From positions 1 to 61,592 of IMG/VR virus record IMGVR_UViG_3300044629_000651: 61,592 nucleotides of DNA; one strand, given 5' to 3'. Positions 35,392 to 46,540 of the stretch are shown piece by piece. A program made the translations under genes and the position numbers. Numbering within the stretch: position 1 is the first letter of the stretch; each line of letters opens with the position of its first letter. The notes under the pieces are model-generated. The model made no database searches and was not told the origin of the DNA. It worked only from the letters and a program-made list of their open reading frames with translations. Source of the stretch: a virus. Taxonomy: Duplodnaviria; Caudoviricetes.

Positions 35392-38361
35392 ATGGATCGG
35401 TACGCATTTCTGTCCGCCGTTTTACCCCCCGAAGATAGCGGCAACTACGTTGCAGTGTTCGCCAAGGGGGACATGAAGTGGAACCGCCACTTCACATCAA
35501 TACAAGCGCTGGCCGATGGTTGTGTGTCGGCCTCCCAGCAAAACCTGACAGCATACTTCGCACTCGGATCGTTCCGGGATAACACGCAAGAAGAACCCGA
35601 CGGCAAGATCAAGACCTTCCGCAAAGCTGCGATGGCCCATGAGTTCCGGACCTACGCCATCGACATAGACTGCGGCGAAGGCAAGCCCTACGAGAACGCT
35701 GCCGCCGGGCTGGCAGACCTGATCAGATTCATCAAGGCAACACGGCTCCCTGTCCCCATCGTGGTGTCCTCCGGCAACGGCATCCACGCCTACTGGGCAC
35801 TCACTGAGGCCATTCCCCGGGACACATGGAAGGCCAACGCAACAACCCTCCGCACTATCTGCCACGCCCACGGGCTACACATCGACACTTCCAAGGTGCA
35901 TGACCCTTCGATGGTGCTGCGGCCTCTGGACACAACGAACTTCAAGGGGGGCAACACCGTCCGGGTGCTGCAGGTATCCCCTCCAAACACACCTGATGGC
36001 ATTGACGGCCACATTGCCCGATGCGCTCCCGCCGGCAGCAAGCCCGCTGCCAAACCTGCGAAGTTATCCGCAGCGCAAACCATCAACGAAGCCATCCTCG
36101 CCGCCGACGCGGCACAGTACCCACCGTTCATCCCCGACCTTGTCACCCAGAACTGCCTGCAGATGCAGCAGGCGACGGAGCTAGGGGGTGTCAATGCCGA
36201 TGAACCGGTGTGGCATCTGGTGTGCGGCATGGCGAAGTTCTCGCAGGAACCCGTGGCCACGGTGATCCGCTGGTCGGAAGGCCATGCGACCTACACCGAA
36301 GACAAGGCCGTTGCCAAGATGAACGACTGGGGCGCGAAGCCCCCGACCTGTGTGGTGTTCGATGCCCGCCGCCCGGGGGTGTGCTCGAAGTGCGTCCATT
36401 GGGGCAAGCTGGGCAGTCCGGTACGCCTTGGGTTCCCCCCGCCGGCACTGATTTCTCCGCCTCCGCCCGCCCCCTTGTCTGATTTCGACGCCTCTGACGA
36501 TGAGGCCGAATATGGCGAGGAACCCCCGGTCCGTACCGGGCAGGTAACCGACACCTCCCCCGTGGTTGAAGCCCCATCCCCGTTCCGGCGCACGGCTTCC
36601 GGGGTTCAGGTGGAGATAAACAACGTGTGGAACGATGTCTGCGCCTATGACCTGTTCCCGGCCCAGATCGTCCGTGACCCCACGGTGGGGCATGACATGG
36701 TGGAGTGGGTCTGGAACAAGCCCCACGTCGGGTATGTGCGGATGCGGGTCCGGATGGCGTACATCTTCAACGACAGTTCCATCATCGACCTCAACAGCAG
36801 TTTGGCGGACAACGGGTTCCTCGTGCCGACCAAGGTGCGCCAGATTTGGCTAGGAGCCTACATGAGAGCGTATGTGCAAATGCTACAGAAACACCAAGCC
36901 GCCGTCGACCTGTACGATTCGTTCGGCTGGAAGAACGAGAACACCCGCTTCGTCGTGGGTTCGACCGAGTTCCGCCGCGAGGAGTCCGGGCGCGTGACCT
37001 CCCATGAGGTGGGCGTGTCGAAGCTGATCACCACCAAGGGGTACGACAAGACGTTCAGTGCCAAGGGTGACCTCTCCACATGGATACAATGGACGAAGAT
37101 TCTGGACCAGCCCGGCCTTGAACTCCACCAAGTGGAGCTTGCTCGGGCCTTCGCATCGCCTCTGTACGCCCTTACCGGGCTGCGGGGGATGGTGGTGTCC
37201 CTCCTCGGCAAGACAGGGGCAGGAAAGACCACCATGCAGGACTGGGCGGCATCCGTTTATGGGGTGCCCAAGCGGGTGAACACCACGGTGAATGATACGC
37301 AGATGTCCATTGTGCAGCGGATGGGTGTTTGGAGTTGCCTGCCGCTGGGGATCGACGAGGTGACGCTGATCAAGCCCGAGTTGCTGGCGAACCTGATCTA
37401 CTGGGGGACGCAGGGGCAGGACCGCAACCGGGCGAACGAGATAACCCAAGCCAACACATGGGCGCTGCCGCTCTCGCTCTCCACCAACCGCTCCCTGCGG
37501 GACAAGGCAACCACCGTGGGGGCCGACGTGACTGCCATCCAGATGCGGATGCTGGAGTTCTCCTTCCCCGAGAGCCACGTCTTCAGCGTCGACAAGGACT
37601 ACGGACGCCGCATCAACACCATGCTGGCCGACAACTACGGGCTGGCTGGCCGGGTCTATGTCGAGTACCTGCTGTCCCTTGGCGAAGCCCGGATCAAGCA
37701 GGACATCGAGGAGTGGACGCGGCGACTGGGCCGGGCGCACAAGTTCGAGTTCGCCCCCAACGAGCGGTACTGGCAGACCCACATGGTGCTGTGTGATCTG
37801 GCATCCTACTACGCCAAGCAGTGCGGCCTCATCCTGTACGACTTCAACAAGGGAACCGCCGCTGCGCTGGTGCAGATCGAACAGCAACGCCGGGCGCTCA
37901 ACGGGGCGCAGCTTGATGCCTACGACCTGATTGCCGACTACCTGACCTCGTTCAACCACGCCGCCATCACCATTGCCTATCACGACGGGGTGCCGAATGT
38001 GCGTGACCCATTGCCACGGGGCGAGGTTCGAATCAGGAAGGAGTTGTACTTCACAGGCAAGAACGCCAAGCTGCCGGATCGTGGATTCGCTTTCCTCGAC
38101 AAGGCGCACTTCCACCAGTGGCTGGTTGGGCGGGGGTTCGACTTCAAGACGGTCATCGACACCACGATGGCAGACTCCTGCGGGTTCAAGCCCGGCAAGA
38201 CAGGGCGCATCTACATGGGCAAGGACTCCGGTATCGCCCTCCCGCCCTGCTCAGTATTCGGCATCAACATGGGCCACGAACGGTTCAAGGGGATGCTCGA
38301 CCCTGCCGCTGATCTGGGTAACGTGATCAGCATTAACTCCGCTGTCAAATCGAAAGGATAG
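35392..38361 (+). CDS. DNA primase-helicase (primase-polymerase domain + DUF927 + P-loop)
   Basis: DIDCG, VSSGNGIHAYW, D....LR; C..C Zn motif; FGW; G.TGAGKTT; DE; RMLE. Confidence 0.85.
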   Translation: MDRYAFLSAVLPPEDSGNYVAVFAKGDMKWNRHFTSIQALADGCVSASQQNLTAYFALGSFRDNTQEEPDGKIKTFRKAAMAHEFRTYAIDIDCGEGKPYENAAAGLADLIRFIKATRLPVPIVVSSGNGIHAYWALTEAIPRDTWKANATTLRTICHAHGLHIDTSKVHDPSMVLRPLDTTNFKGGNTVRVLQVSPPNTPDGIDGHIARCAPAGSKPAAKPAKLSAAQTINEAILAADAAQYPPFIPDLVTQNCLQMQQATELGGVNADEPVWHLVCGMAKFSQEPVATVIRWSEGHATYTEDKAVAKMNDWGAKPPTCVVFDARRPGVCSKCVHWGKLGSPVRLGFPPPALISPPPPAPLSDFDASDDEAEYGEEPPVRTGQVTDTSPVVEAPSPFRRTASGVQVEINNVWNDVCAYDLFPAQIVRDPTVGHDMVEWVWNKPHVGYVRMRVRMAYIFNDSSIIDLNSSLADNGFLVPTKVRQIWLGAYMRAYVQMLQKHQAAVDLYDSFGWKNENTRFVVGSTEFRREESGRVTSHEVGVSKLITTKGYDKTFSAKGDLSTWIQWTKILDQPGLELHQVELARAFASPLYALTGLRGMVVSLLGKTGAGKTTMQDWAASVYGVPKRVNTTVNDTQMSIVQRMGVWSCLPLGIDEVTLIKPELLANLIYWGTQGQDRNRANEITQANTWALPLSLSTNRSLRDKATTVGADVTAIQMRMLEFSFPESHVFSVDKDYGRRINTMLADNYGLAGRVYVEYLLSLGEARIKQDIEEWTRRLGRAHKFEFAPNERYWQTHMVLCDLASYYAKQCGLILYDFNKGTAAALVQIEQQRRALNGAQLDAYDLIADYLTSFNHAAITIAYHDGVPNVRDPLPRGEVRIRKELYFTGKNAKLPDRGFAFLDKAHFHQWLVGRGFDFKTVIDTTMADSCGFKPGKTGRIYMGKDSGIALPPCSVFGINMGHERFKGMLDPAADLGNVISINSAVKSKG

Positions 38362-38597
38362 TGATGAAAGACACAGGTGCAAAACCCGTGGTGAAATGTC
38401 ACTGCGGGCGCAAGGTGAAGTTCAAAGTACAGAAGAAGTGGCCGAGCAAGAAGATGGAAACGTGGGTCTGCGGCTACCACGTCCGCGCTTACCTGACCAG
38501 TGAATACCGCCGGATCGACCTCACTCCGCCGCCGCCTAAGAAACAAGGGTATGCCATGCTGGTCCCCACCGGGGGCTACGGGGCAATGCTTGACTGA
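38361..38597 (+). CDS. Small hypothetical protein
   Basis: 78 aa, CxC...CxxH. Confidence 0.55.
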   Translation: MMKDTGAKPVVKCHCGRKVKFKVQKKWPSKKMETWVCGYHVRAYLTSEYRRIDLTPPPPKKQGYAMLVPTGGYGAMLD

Positions 38598-38599
38598 CC

Positions 38600-38631
38600 A
38601 AAGGGGGCGGCTGGCACCGCCCCCTTGCTTT
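38600..38631. terminator. Hairpin terminator between convergent operons
   Basis: AAGGGGGCGG-CTGGCA-CCGCCCCCTT between convergent stop codons. Confidence 0.75.
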
Positions 38632-41600
38632 ACCGCAGGGCGCTGTCGCGCTGCTGCGCCTGACTCAACGTCTTCTGGGCACGCTCTCGCAACGGGAGTG
38701 CAGCATCCTTGCCCGACTTCTCCGCCGACTCGCTGAAATTCAGAATCTCCAGTGCCGTACCCCGGAATAGCTGGTTGTGCTCGCGCACCATCTCCCGCAC
38801 TTCCTGCTTCTTGCCCGCATCCCGCAGCACATGGGCCTCACGGTACTCCTCGATGAACGCTGCCTTGAGTTCCTTCGCGTACGCGCGCGTGTATTCCTCG
38901 CGCCGGACTTGGTCGTTCACCTGCTTCAACTCCTCGGGATAGAACCCCAACGTGCGCGCGAAGATGTCGAACGCATCCGGGTCTTGGGTCACCACCTGCC
39001 CGCGCTTGTTCATCACCGCATCGTACTTGCTGTAGGCGTAGGCATCAGCGAAGTTCTTCACCCCGGTGATCGGCACCGCGCGCAGCGTTCCTTCGATGTC
39101 GCCACGGGATAGCTTGCCTGCTGCCTTGAACGCCCCCTCCGTGGCACCGCCGACCGCTCCCAGCGTCCTGCCCACTTCCTCCATGAAGTCCGCCCCCGGG
39201 CGCAACATGCCGAGCATCGGCACGCCCACAGACAAACCCGCCCGCCCGAAGATTTCGGTGCCGAGGTAGGTGTCCATAACCCCCCGCAGCATCACCTCAT
39301 CCAGTTTCTCCCATCCCATCGCGCGCCCGACGTCCTTCGTCCAGTCGGCGAACGCGCGCTCCGCGTTGCCCTTGGTAATGCCAAGGCCGATGCCCGTCTT
39401 CTGCGCGGCCACATCCATCACCAGCATCAGTTCTTCCCACAGCGGGATGCCGCCGGCACCGGACATGGTGTAGAGCGAGCCAAGGAATATCGCCTGCCCC
39501 TTGGGCGGCAGGTTGCGCAGCAGTTCCAGCGTGGTGACGATGAACGTCTTGTAGAGGCCGACCAGCGAACCAAGGTCAGAGCGGAACAGGCGCGGCCTGT
39601 TGCCCATGTTGTACTCGCCCTGCGTGGCAAACACTGCCTTGCGGGACTGCTCGTATGCCTTGTCGCGCGCCTCGGCGGTAGGCTTGCCATCCTTGTCGAC
39701 CATCCCCTCGGAGACGTACTGATTGAGGTACAGGTCGAACGTGGCAAGGCCGGTCACCATGCGGTTGTATTCTTCCGTTGCCGAGAAGATCGACATGTAC
39801 TGCGAGATCGCCTTACTCATCTTCGGCCCGAACTGCGAGTGCTTGCGCTGTGCCAGCAACTCGTTGTACCGCTGCGCGGCCAGAATCCCTTCTGCCGACG
39901 CCTTCCGCAGGTACTCCCAATGCGCCACCGAATACCCGCCATGCTTCCCGTCCGGGGACTTGCGCGCCAGTTCTTCCAGCCGGCGGAACTCCAACTCAGG
40001 CAGGAATATCTTGCCCGTGATCTGCCCAGCCGACTTGGCCAGCAACGGCCCCATTGCAATCGCCGCGCGCTTGATGGCGCTACTCGCTGCCACACCTCCG
40101 AACCCCCCGCCGAACCCGCGCGCGGCGTTGTACGTCGCCAGATAGCTGAACGTGTGCAGCGGCAGGGAGGACAGGTTGGTGAAGGCCGAAGCGATGGTGC
40201 CGCCCAACTGCATGATGGTGGTGACGGCACGGACCTTGTTGGTGAAGCTCTCCGCCTCCTCCAGTTGATCCCCACCCAACACATATTCCACCAACAGCCG
40301 CGCCTGCTGCTGAATCTCCGACATCTTCGGGTCGCGCAACATGCCGTTCATCACCTGCCGATACTCGAAGGCCAGTTGGTTGTACTCCTCGCCCAGCCGC
40401 TTCTTGGCATTGGCCGGTGCCGCTTCGAAGGCTTTCCGCGCCGCCTCGACGCGATCCCATTCTTCCTTCTGCCGCTTCTCATCCCATGCCCAGTTGCCGG
40501 CACCTGATGCCAGTTCGTGCATCGTCTCCTCGTGCTTGCGGATCGCTACCAGCGAAGCAACGCTGCCCAGATGGTCGGAGATGGCGCGCACGAAGTCGTG
40601 GCTATAGCCCGGAATCCCTTTGCGCTCCAGCGAGCGCCCGCGCGCGGCGGCGTCCGCGTTGGTTGATGCCTTGAGCACTCGGGCTTTCTGGTCCGGGGTC
40701 AGCGTGATGCCGATGGCCTCGGCGGCGTTGTAAAACTCCGCTGGCCGCACCCGCATGGACGACATGCGGAACTCGTTGACTCGAACCGGCAAGTCCCAAG
40801 CGAGTTTTGCTTTCACGATTTCGTCGCCGACCTTGACATCCACATACGGGTCGGAGGCCAGTTGCTCGTTCAGCCCCTTCTGCAGGGTCTGCAGCGCGGT
40901 GAGGTTGTCGTGCTGCCACAGGTCGAGGACGACTTCGGAATCCTTGGTGCTGCCGTCCGGCATGGTTACCTGCCCAGTGACGTTGTTGCCCTTCTCGTCG
41001 ATCAGGCGCAAGTGCATCATGTATTTGCCGTAGCGGCGCAGCGGGACGTACATCGTCATCAACGACTGCATCGCCGACAGCGCTTCGGATTCGATCAGCT
41101 TGGTCGAACCGGCACCGGCAATGATCTGGTCGCGGAACTTACTGGCAACGTCGTTGCGCTTCTTGCCCTTCGGTGCCTTGGCAGCTTCGGCTTGCAGCGG
41201 GGCCAGCATGTCGGTCAGTTGCTGCTGGGAGATGCCCAGCATACTCCGCACGATCTCGGCCTGCGGTGCAATCTTGCCATTCACGTCGGTCAGCATCTCG
41301 TTGCCGGCCAGCAAGCCCTGCAGAATCTCGGCTACCCGCTCCAGCGAGGCATCGACGGTGCTGTCCTTCTGCATGACGCGGCGCTTCTTCACGTCGATGC
41401 TGGACAGTTCCCGGTACTTGTTGTCGTACTTGTCACGCAGCTTCTGCAGCGCATCGACCACCGTGGTTCCGTAGTCACGACCAAACCCGGCTATCTCCCG
41501 GGCGTTCATCGCCGTCGCGCGCGCCTCGGCCCCTGCCAAGCGATACACATGGCCAAGGATCAGGGCATCCATCGCAGATTGGTAGCCGGCGTACGCCTTC

Positions 41601-44600
41601 TCCAATGTCTGGTCATCAGCGAACTTGATCAACTCCCCAGAGTTTTCGATCTGCACACCCTTGACGAACTCCGACTTCGGCAACACGACGCCAAGGTCGC
41701 GGATGTGCTTGGACAGTTCCGGCTCGCCGGTTTCGTCGTTGATTGTGTAGATGCGCTTGCCGGTGCCGAGCATGTGCTCATGCACCGCCGCCACGATCTT
41801 GCTCGCCATGTCATCCGACAACTCGTCATTCACCATCAGCGTCGAGCTACGCAGCATGTCCCCGATCATCTTCTGTGTCACCGGGTCTTTGTTCTCGGCG
41901 TGGAACCGCTGCATGGCCTCGTTGAGGTAGGTGAGGATGTTTTCCTTGTCGTTGATCATGCGGCTGACGTGATCTTGGATGGCGCGGTACGTCGGGTGTT
42001 TCATGGCCAGCCCGCGCTGAGTGTTCAGCCACTCCAATCCGTTGCGCAGCGTCGACATCCCTTGGCGCACATACTCCTTGCCCCGCAGCCCCAGCGTGCT
42101 GTCAGCGATGGCGTCGATGGTGGTCTTGCTGTTTGGAGAGGGGCGCATCGGGTTGCCCGGGGTGGGGTTGCCCATAGCGTTGGTGACCACGTTGCTCACC
42201 GCCGAGTCGCTCGTGACTTGGTTGAATGCCTTGCCTTTGTACCCCGCTTCGGACACCGTCGCCGTGGCTTCCATCACCCGGGCAAACACGGACGCATCGA
42301 ACGGCACCGCAGAACCATCGCGAACGGCGTTTATCTGGGCAAGCGCTGCTTCGAACAACGACCGAATGGCCTGCGCCACCTTCACCCACAGCGACGGAGC
42401 CAGCGGCGTCTGCTCGGAGCGGGTGTTCATCAACGTGTGCTGCAACTCAGGATCACTCATCACCTCAGAGACGAACTCCATCACGTCGGTGAATGCGGTG
42501 CCGGCCTTGGCATTCGTCTCTTCCATCAGAGCGATCAGCCGCTCCCGCCCACTGACTATGCGGTCGATGTTCTCACTGCCGGCACGCAGCGCAGCGAGTT
42601 CTTTTTCCGACATCTGCATGAGGCGGCGCGCCCGCTCCAGTTGTGCCACTGTGACGCCGTGGAACAACTCGTGCAACAGGGTTCTGGTGTTCTCGCCACC
42701 ACGGAATATCCGCACTTCAGCGTCGAAGTGCTGCCCCAAGACCCGCTTTCCATCCTCGTTGTTCACACGGTCTTCGTACAGCACGGTGAGCTTGTCGACA
42801 CCAATGCTGCGCAGCAAGCGGGCAAGGCGTTTCTCCATCGGCGAGCCTTCTTGCTCGACAATCCGGACGAGGTCTTCCCCTGTCTCGGCAGTGGCCAGCG
42901 CGGTCTGTATGCGCGGCACGGTCTGCGGGGTGCCGTTGGCGTAGTCCTGTGGGAAGGCATCTGTTTCGTCGTTCGCCAGTTCCCCAACTTCGCCCTTGCC
43001 AAATCGCGCAGGCTCGACGTACTCCTCGTCGCCCACGGCAGCTTCTGCATCGACTTCCTTGCGGGTCATCCCGGCCTGCTCGCGCAGCCCGCCAGCCTTC
43101 TCCACGTCTTTTTCAGCTTTGATGATCAGCTTCTGGTACGTCTCGGCACGAGCGAAGTCGCCCTCATCCACTGCCTGTTCCCACGACTCATTCAGTCGGG
43201 CCAGCCGCTCGTCAGCGGTTACTTCTTGGGTAGCTGCAGGGGCTGCTTCAGGGGTAGCTTCGGGTTCAGGGGTAGTGGTCTGGGTTTCCTCCCGGTTCCG
43301 AATCTCCTGCATCAACTCGATGCGATCCGCCAACTCCACCGACATCTTGTTCTGTGTGCGGCGAGTAGCCTTGTTCACTTCCACCGCTTCGATGGCACGC
43401 TTGATGAGAATCTGCAGATCGCGGTCAAGTTGCGGGTACTGGAATTTGTCGCCGTACTGCTCGTTCCACTCGCGCGCGATGCGGGCTTCGTCGCCCTTCG
43501 CCGCCAGTTGCTCGGTGCGGTTCCGGTTTTCAACGCGGGTATTCCACGGGGCAGTCAGTTCGGGCAAGACTTCATCTTCGCGGTACGGTTCGTCAGGGCG
43601 CGCGGCGGGGGCCGGTTCTTCGGCTTGCTCGGCTTCCAGTTCGTCTACGCGCTCTTGGATCGCAGCGTCCCGGGCATCTTCTACGCGCGACTGCAGTTCC
43701 TGCAACAGGTCGCTAACATCGGTGTCGCGCCCTTCGTCGTCAAGCTCCGCGTCGTCGATGACACCCTCTTTCTCCAGCTTCCGCGCATACGCCTTGATCT
43801 GGCGTTTCGTCAAGTCGTCGCCATCTTCTAGCTTCCGTATGGCTTCGCCAATCGGACCAGCATCGACTTCTGCTTCCGCGCGGGATTCGCGCGCAGCGGC
43901 AGCTACTTCTTCCGCGTCTTCGGTTGCATCGACTGCGGCAACTGCTTCGTCTGCTTCGGCTGTTTCAACGGGCGCAGGGGTTTCATCTGCTGCGGCAGTT
44001 TCGCTCGGCTGATCATTTGTTTTCTCCTTTTTCTTCTTGCGGGACGCGGCCAGTGCATCCAGCCGGGCTTTCTGCTTGTCTGCTTCGGTGATTGCTGCCT
44101 CGGCATCGGCCTTTGCCTGCGCCACGTCTTCTTCGGTAAGTCCGAACGCCTGCGCAAGCGCGCTCACGGGCTTCTTTTTCTCTGGAGCCGGGGTCAGCAG
44201 GGTTTCGACGGCCCCTTGCGGCGCTTCTGGCGATTCTGCTTGCTGGGTTTGAGTGGTTTGGTTGGCACGGGCTTCCCCTTTCGTAGGCGCAGGTTGTTTA
44301 AACATGTTGCCGGACGCTGCTTTTCCGGCGGTTGTGGCGCGAGGTGCAGCGTCTTCCTCGCGGTTCTGGAACATCTCCTCGGCGGTGCCTTCTTTCTTGC
44401 CCAGTCCTTGCGCCAGTTGCTCCATGAGCCGCATCGCATCGGAGCGCAGCACATCAGCCGTGGCGGTGTCTCCCTGCTTCTCAGCGTCCTGCAACTCGAA
44501 TCCAATCCGCAGCCCCTCAGTGACGAAATCGTTCGCTTCGGTGGTGGGGTTCTTGGCAGCTTCCTGCGGTGCAGCGGGGAAGTCAGGGGAGCGCCCAAAC

Positions 44601-46540
44601 ATATCCTGCACCATCCCGAAGCGCGGGTCGGCATTGCTCTCCTGCCAAGCGAGTTCTTCCTGCAATGCCTTCTGTGTTTCTTCCGCATCCAGCGCAGCGT
44701 TGCTCGCGGCTATCACATCACCACGGCGCATAGCTTCTGCTTCGATAGCTTTGTTGCGTTCGTAGATAGCTTGCAGACCGGCTCTGCGTTCAGCGCGGTT
44801 CGGAGGGGCGGTAGGGGTAGCGGAGGCAGCAAGGGTCTCTGCCGGGCGATAGCCGGGGTTGAATAGCGTGCCTTCTTCGAACGGTGTGTCGCGCGCGGCT
44901 TGAATCGCCCGCAGTTCTTCCTCAGTCGGCGCGAGCTTCTTCTCCACCGCTGCACGCAAACTACCCGCTTTGTCGTACGACGCCGGCAACCCCTTGAGGC
45001 CAGCAATGATATCCAGCAACTGCATGTACCGCTGTTCGGGGGAGAAAATGTCTTCTCGCGGGGCAGCGACCGGCAGTGCCAGACGGGCTTCCCTTTCAGC
45101 AGGAGACTCGTACAAGTAGCCGATTTCTCCGGGGAGCGTGAGTTGATCCCAACCACGCGGCACAATCGGTGCGGGGGTAGTGTTGCCGTCGATGGTCGGC
45201 AGGCTCCCTTGGCGCTGCTGCGTGGCCAAGTCGAACAGCTTTTTCCAATCCGTCTCCACCTGCCCCGTCGGGGTTGCGTCAGCCTGTTCCCCCCACTCCT
45301 TGAGGAACGCAGCTTCTTTCAACTGCAATTCCCGGTCCTTGAACTCGTTGGTCTTGTCGGTCAGCAGGAGTTTCTGCGCCTCGCGCATCTCCTTGATCTG
45401 CTCCCGCTCCCGCTCCTTGCGGTCTGCTTCCTGTTCCTTGCGGTACGCTTCGTCTTCCGCGCGGCCACGCTCCAGCGTCTCCCGCCAAGTCTCGTTGCCA
45501 GTGGTGATCTGCTCCAGCGACCGGGTCAGGCTTTCCTTGCGCTGCGCGATAGCTTCGGGAGTCCCTTCGGTAGGCTTGGCAAAGACTTGGGATGCAGCGC
45601 CCATCGGCCCGCCAAGGCCCAAGCCGGCCATGAACGATTCCGCGTAGCGCATCGGGGCGTCACCGGTGAACAGCCCTTCGTTCGGGTTGGCCACCATGCG
45701 GCCAGCCACTTGGTTGATCAGTTCCTGCGAGGTTTCGCCAACACCCTCCATCACGCCCGCACGGGCACCGCCGCGCACCATCGCGCCACCGAGGTTCTCA
45801 CCTGCCAGAGTGCGCTTGACCAGCCCCTTGGCCCCTTCGATACCGCCTTCTCGTGCCAACCCGCCCGTCGCGGCGCGCAGGATCGCGCCCTCGCCGCCCA
45901 ACAGGTTCAGCAGAGCATACGGCACGCCGCCGGCAAGCGCCGGCGCAAGACTGTACTCGCCCCCCGCGTCCATCTGGTTGTTGAGGATGTCGCCCACAGC
46001 GGAGGGGTACGATGCCGCCGCTGCCCCGGCTCCTGCGGAGTACCGCATGGCGGTGTTTTCTGCTGCTTTTTGCAGGGCCGCGCGCTCTGCCGCTGCCGTG
46101 ATGGTGTCGGTGCCAAGACTCCGCGCTGCGCCTTCAAGCACAGCATCCTTGCCCAGTGTGCGAACAGCACCGGTAGCCAGCCCGCGCGCCGCGCCGCCGG
46201 CCAAACCACCCGCCAACATCTCCGCCATGTAGGGGGCCGACTGCCCGAGGTTGTACGCCATCCAGTCGAGCAGTTTCCCGTCGCCGGTAACCCCATCGTC
46301 GCCGAAGAAGTGCGTCGCGCCGGGGGCGTTCCTCTGGTAAAACTCCGCTTCCTCTTTCTTGCGACGGACGAAATCAGCCGTGTCGAAACCCAGCGCGCCG
46401 GCCAAGGCACCGTAGCCCTGCTGAAGGCCGGCAACGCCCGCACCTAGACCTGCTCCGATGGAGGAGGTAGGCATTTCCCGAAGCGGCATCTGCTCGTCAG
46501 AAGCACCCCCCACGCGCCCTAGTATGGCGTCGAAGGCCAT
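38630..46540 (-). CDS. Large internal virion / ejection (polyvalent) protein
   Basis: 2636 aa; Gly/Ala-rich N-terminus, HELFH zincin-like motif, helical C-terminal domain; last gene of the virion operon. Confidence 0.75.
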   Translation of the reverse strand: MAFDAILGRVGGASDEQMPLREMPTSSIGAGLGAGVAGLQQGYGALAGALGFDTADFVRRKKEEAEFYQRNAPGATHFFGDDGVTGDGKLLDWMAYNLGQSAPYMAEMLAGGLAGGAARGLATGAVRTLGKDAVLEGAARSLGTDTITAAAERAALQKAAENTAMRYSAGAGAAAASYPSAVGDILNNQMDAGGEYSLAPALAGGVPYALLNLLGGEGAILRAATGGLAREGGIEGAKGLVKRTLAGENLGGAMVRGGARAGVMEGVGETSQELINQVAGRMVANPNEGLFTGDAPMRYAESFMAGLGLGGPMGAASQVFAKPTEGTPEAIAQRKESLTRSLEQITTGNETWRETLERGRAEDEAYRKEQEADRKEREREQIKEMREAQKLLLTDKTNEFKDRELQLKEAAFLKEWGEQADATPTGQVETDWKKLFDLATQQRQGSLPTIDGNTTPAPIVPRGWDQLTLPGEIGYLYESPAEREARLALPVAAPREDIFSPEQRYMQLLDIIAGLKGLPASYDKAGSLRAAVEKKLAPTEEELRAIQAARDTPFEEGTLFNPGYRPAETLAASATPTAPPNRAERRAGLQAIYERNKAIEAEAMRRGDVIAASNAALDAEETQKALQEELAWQESNADPRFGMVQDMFGRSPDFPAAPQEAAKNPTTEANDFVTEGLRIGFELQDAEKQGDTATADVLRSDAMRLMEQLAQGLGKKEGTAEEMFQNREEDAAPRATTAGKAASGNMFKQPAPTKGEARANQTTQTQQAESPEAPQGAVETLLTPAPEKKKPVSALAQAFGLTEEDVAQAKADAEAAITEADKQKARLDALAASRKKKKEKTNDQPSETAAADETPAPVETAEADEAVAAVDATEDAEEVAAAARESRAEAEVDAGPIGEAIRKLEDGDDLTKRQIKAYARKLEKEGVIDDAELDDEGRDTDVSDLLQELQSRVEDARDAAIQERVDELEAEQAEEPAPAARPDEPYREDEVLPELTAPWNTRVENRNRTEQLAAKGDEARIAREWNEQYGDKFQYPQLDRDLQILIKRAIEAVEVNKATRRTQNKMSVELADRIELMQEIRNREETQTTTPEPEATPEAAPAATQEVTADERLARLNESWEQAVDEGDFARAETYQKLIIKAEKDVEKAGGLREQAGMTRKEVDAEAAVGDEEYVEPARFGKGEVGELANDETDAFPQDYANGTPQTVPRIQTALATAETGEDLVRIVEQEGSPMEKRLARLLRSIGVDKLTVLYEDRVNNEDGKRVLGQHFDAEVRIFRGGENTRTLLHELFHGVTVAQLERARRLMQMSEKELAALRAGSENIDRIVSGRERLIALMEETNAKAGTAFTDVMEFVSEVMSDPELQHTLMNTRSEQTPLAPSLWVKVAQAIRSLFEAALAQINAVRDGSAVPFDASVFARVMEATATVSEAGYKGKAFNQVTSDSAVSNVVTNAMGNPTPGNPMRPSPNSKTTIDAIADSTLGLRGKEYVRQGMSTLRNGLEWLNTQRGLAMKHPTYRAIQDHVSRMINDKENILTYLNEAMQRFHAENKDPVTQKMIGDMLRSSTLMVNDELSDDMASKIVAAVHEHMLGTGKRIYTINDETGEPELSKHIRDLGVVLPKSEFVKGVQIENSGELIKFADDQTLEKAYAGYQSAMDALILGHVYRLAGAEARATAMNAREIAGFGRDYGTTVVDALQKLRDKYDNKYRELSSIDVKKRRVMQKDSTVDASLERVAEILQGLLAGNEMLTDVNGKIAPQAEIVRSMLGISQQQLTDMLAPLQAEAAKAPKGKKRNDVASKFRDQIIAGAGSTKLIESEALSAMQSLMTMYVPLRRYGKYMMHLRLIDEKGNNVTGQVTMPDGSTKDSEVVLDLWQHDNLTALQTLQKGLNEQLASDPYVDVKVGDEIVKAKLAWDLPVRVNEFRMSSMRVRPAEFYNAAEAIGITLTPDQKARVLKASTNADAAARGRSLERKGIPGYSHDFVRAISDHLGSVASLVAIRKHEETMHELASGAGNWAWDEKRQKEEWDRVEAARKAFEAAPANAKKRLGEEYNQLAFEYRQVMNGMLRDPKMSEIQQQARLLVEYVLGGDQLEEAESFTNKVRAVTTIMQLGGTIASAFTNLSSLPLHTFSYLATYNAARGFGGGFGGVAASSAIKRAAIAMGPLLAKSAGQITGKIFLPELEFRRLEELARKSPDGKHGGYSVAHWEYLRKASAEGILAAQRYNELLAQRKHSQFGPKMSKAISQYMSIFSATEEYNRMVTGLATFDLYLNQYVSEGMVDKDGKPTAEARDKAYEQSRKAVFATQGEYNMGNRPRLFRSDLGSLVGLYKTFIVTTLELLRNLPPKGQAIFLGSLYTMSGAGGIPLWEELMLVMDVAAQKTGIGLGITKGNAERAFADWTKDVGRAMGWEKLDEVMLRGVMDTYLGTEIFGRAGLSVGVPMLGMLRPGADFMEEVGRTLGAVGGATEGAFKAAGKLSRGDIEGTLRAVPITGVKNFADAYAYSKYDAVMNKRGQVVTQDPDAFDIFARTLGFYPEELKQVNDQVRREEYTRAYAKELKAAFIEEYREAHVLRDAGKKQEVREMVREHNQLFRGTALEILNFSESAEKSGKDAALPLRERAQKTLSQAQQRDSALR

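Noticed and set aside
40862-43831. 989-aa plus-strand ORF opposite the giant virion gene
   Set aside because: Same antisense artefact; no recognisable domain.
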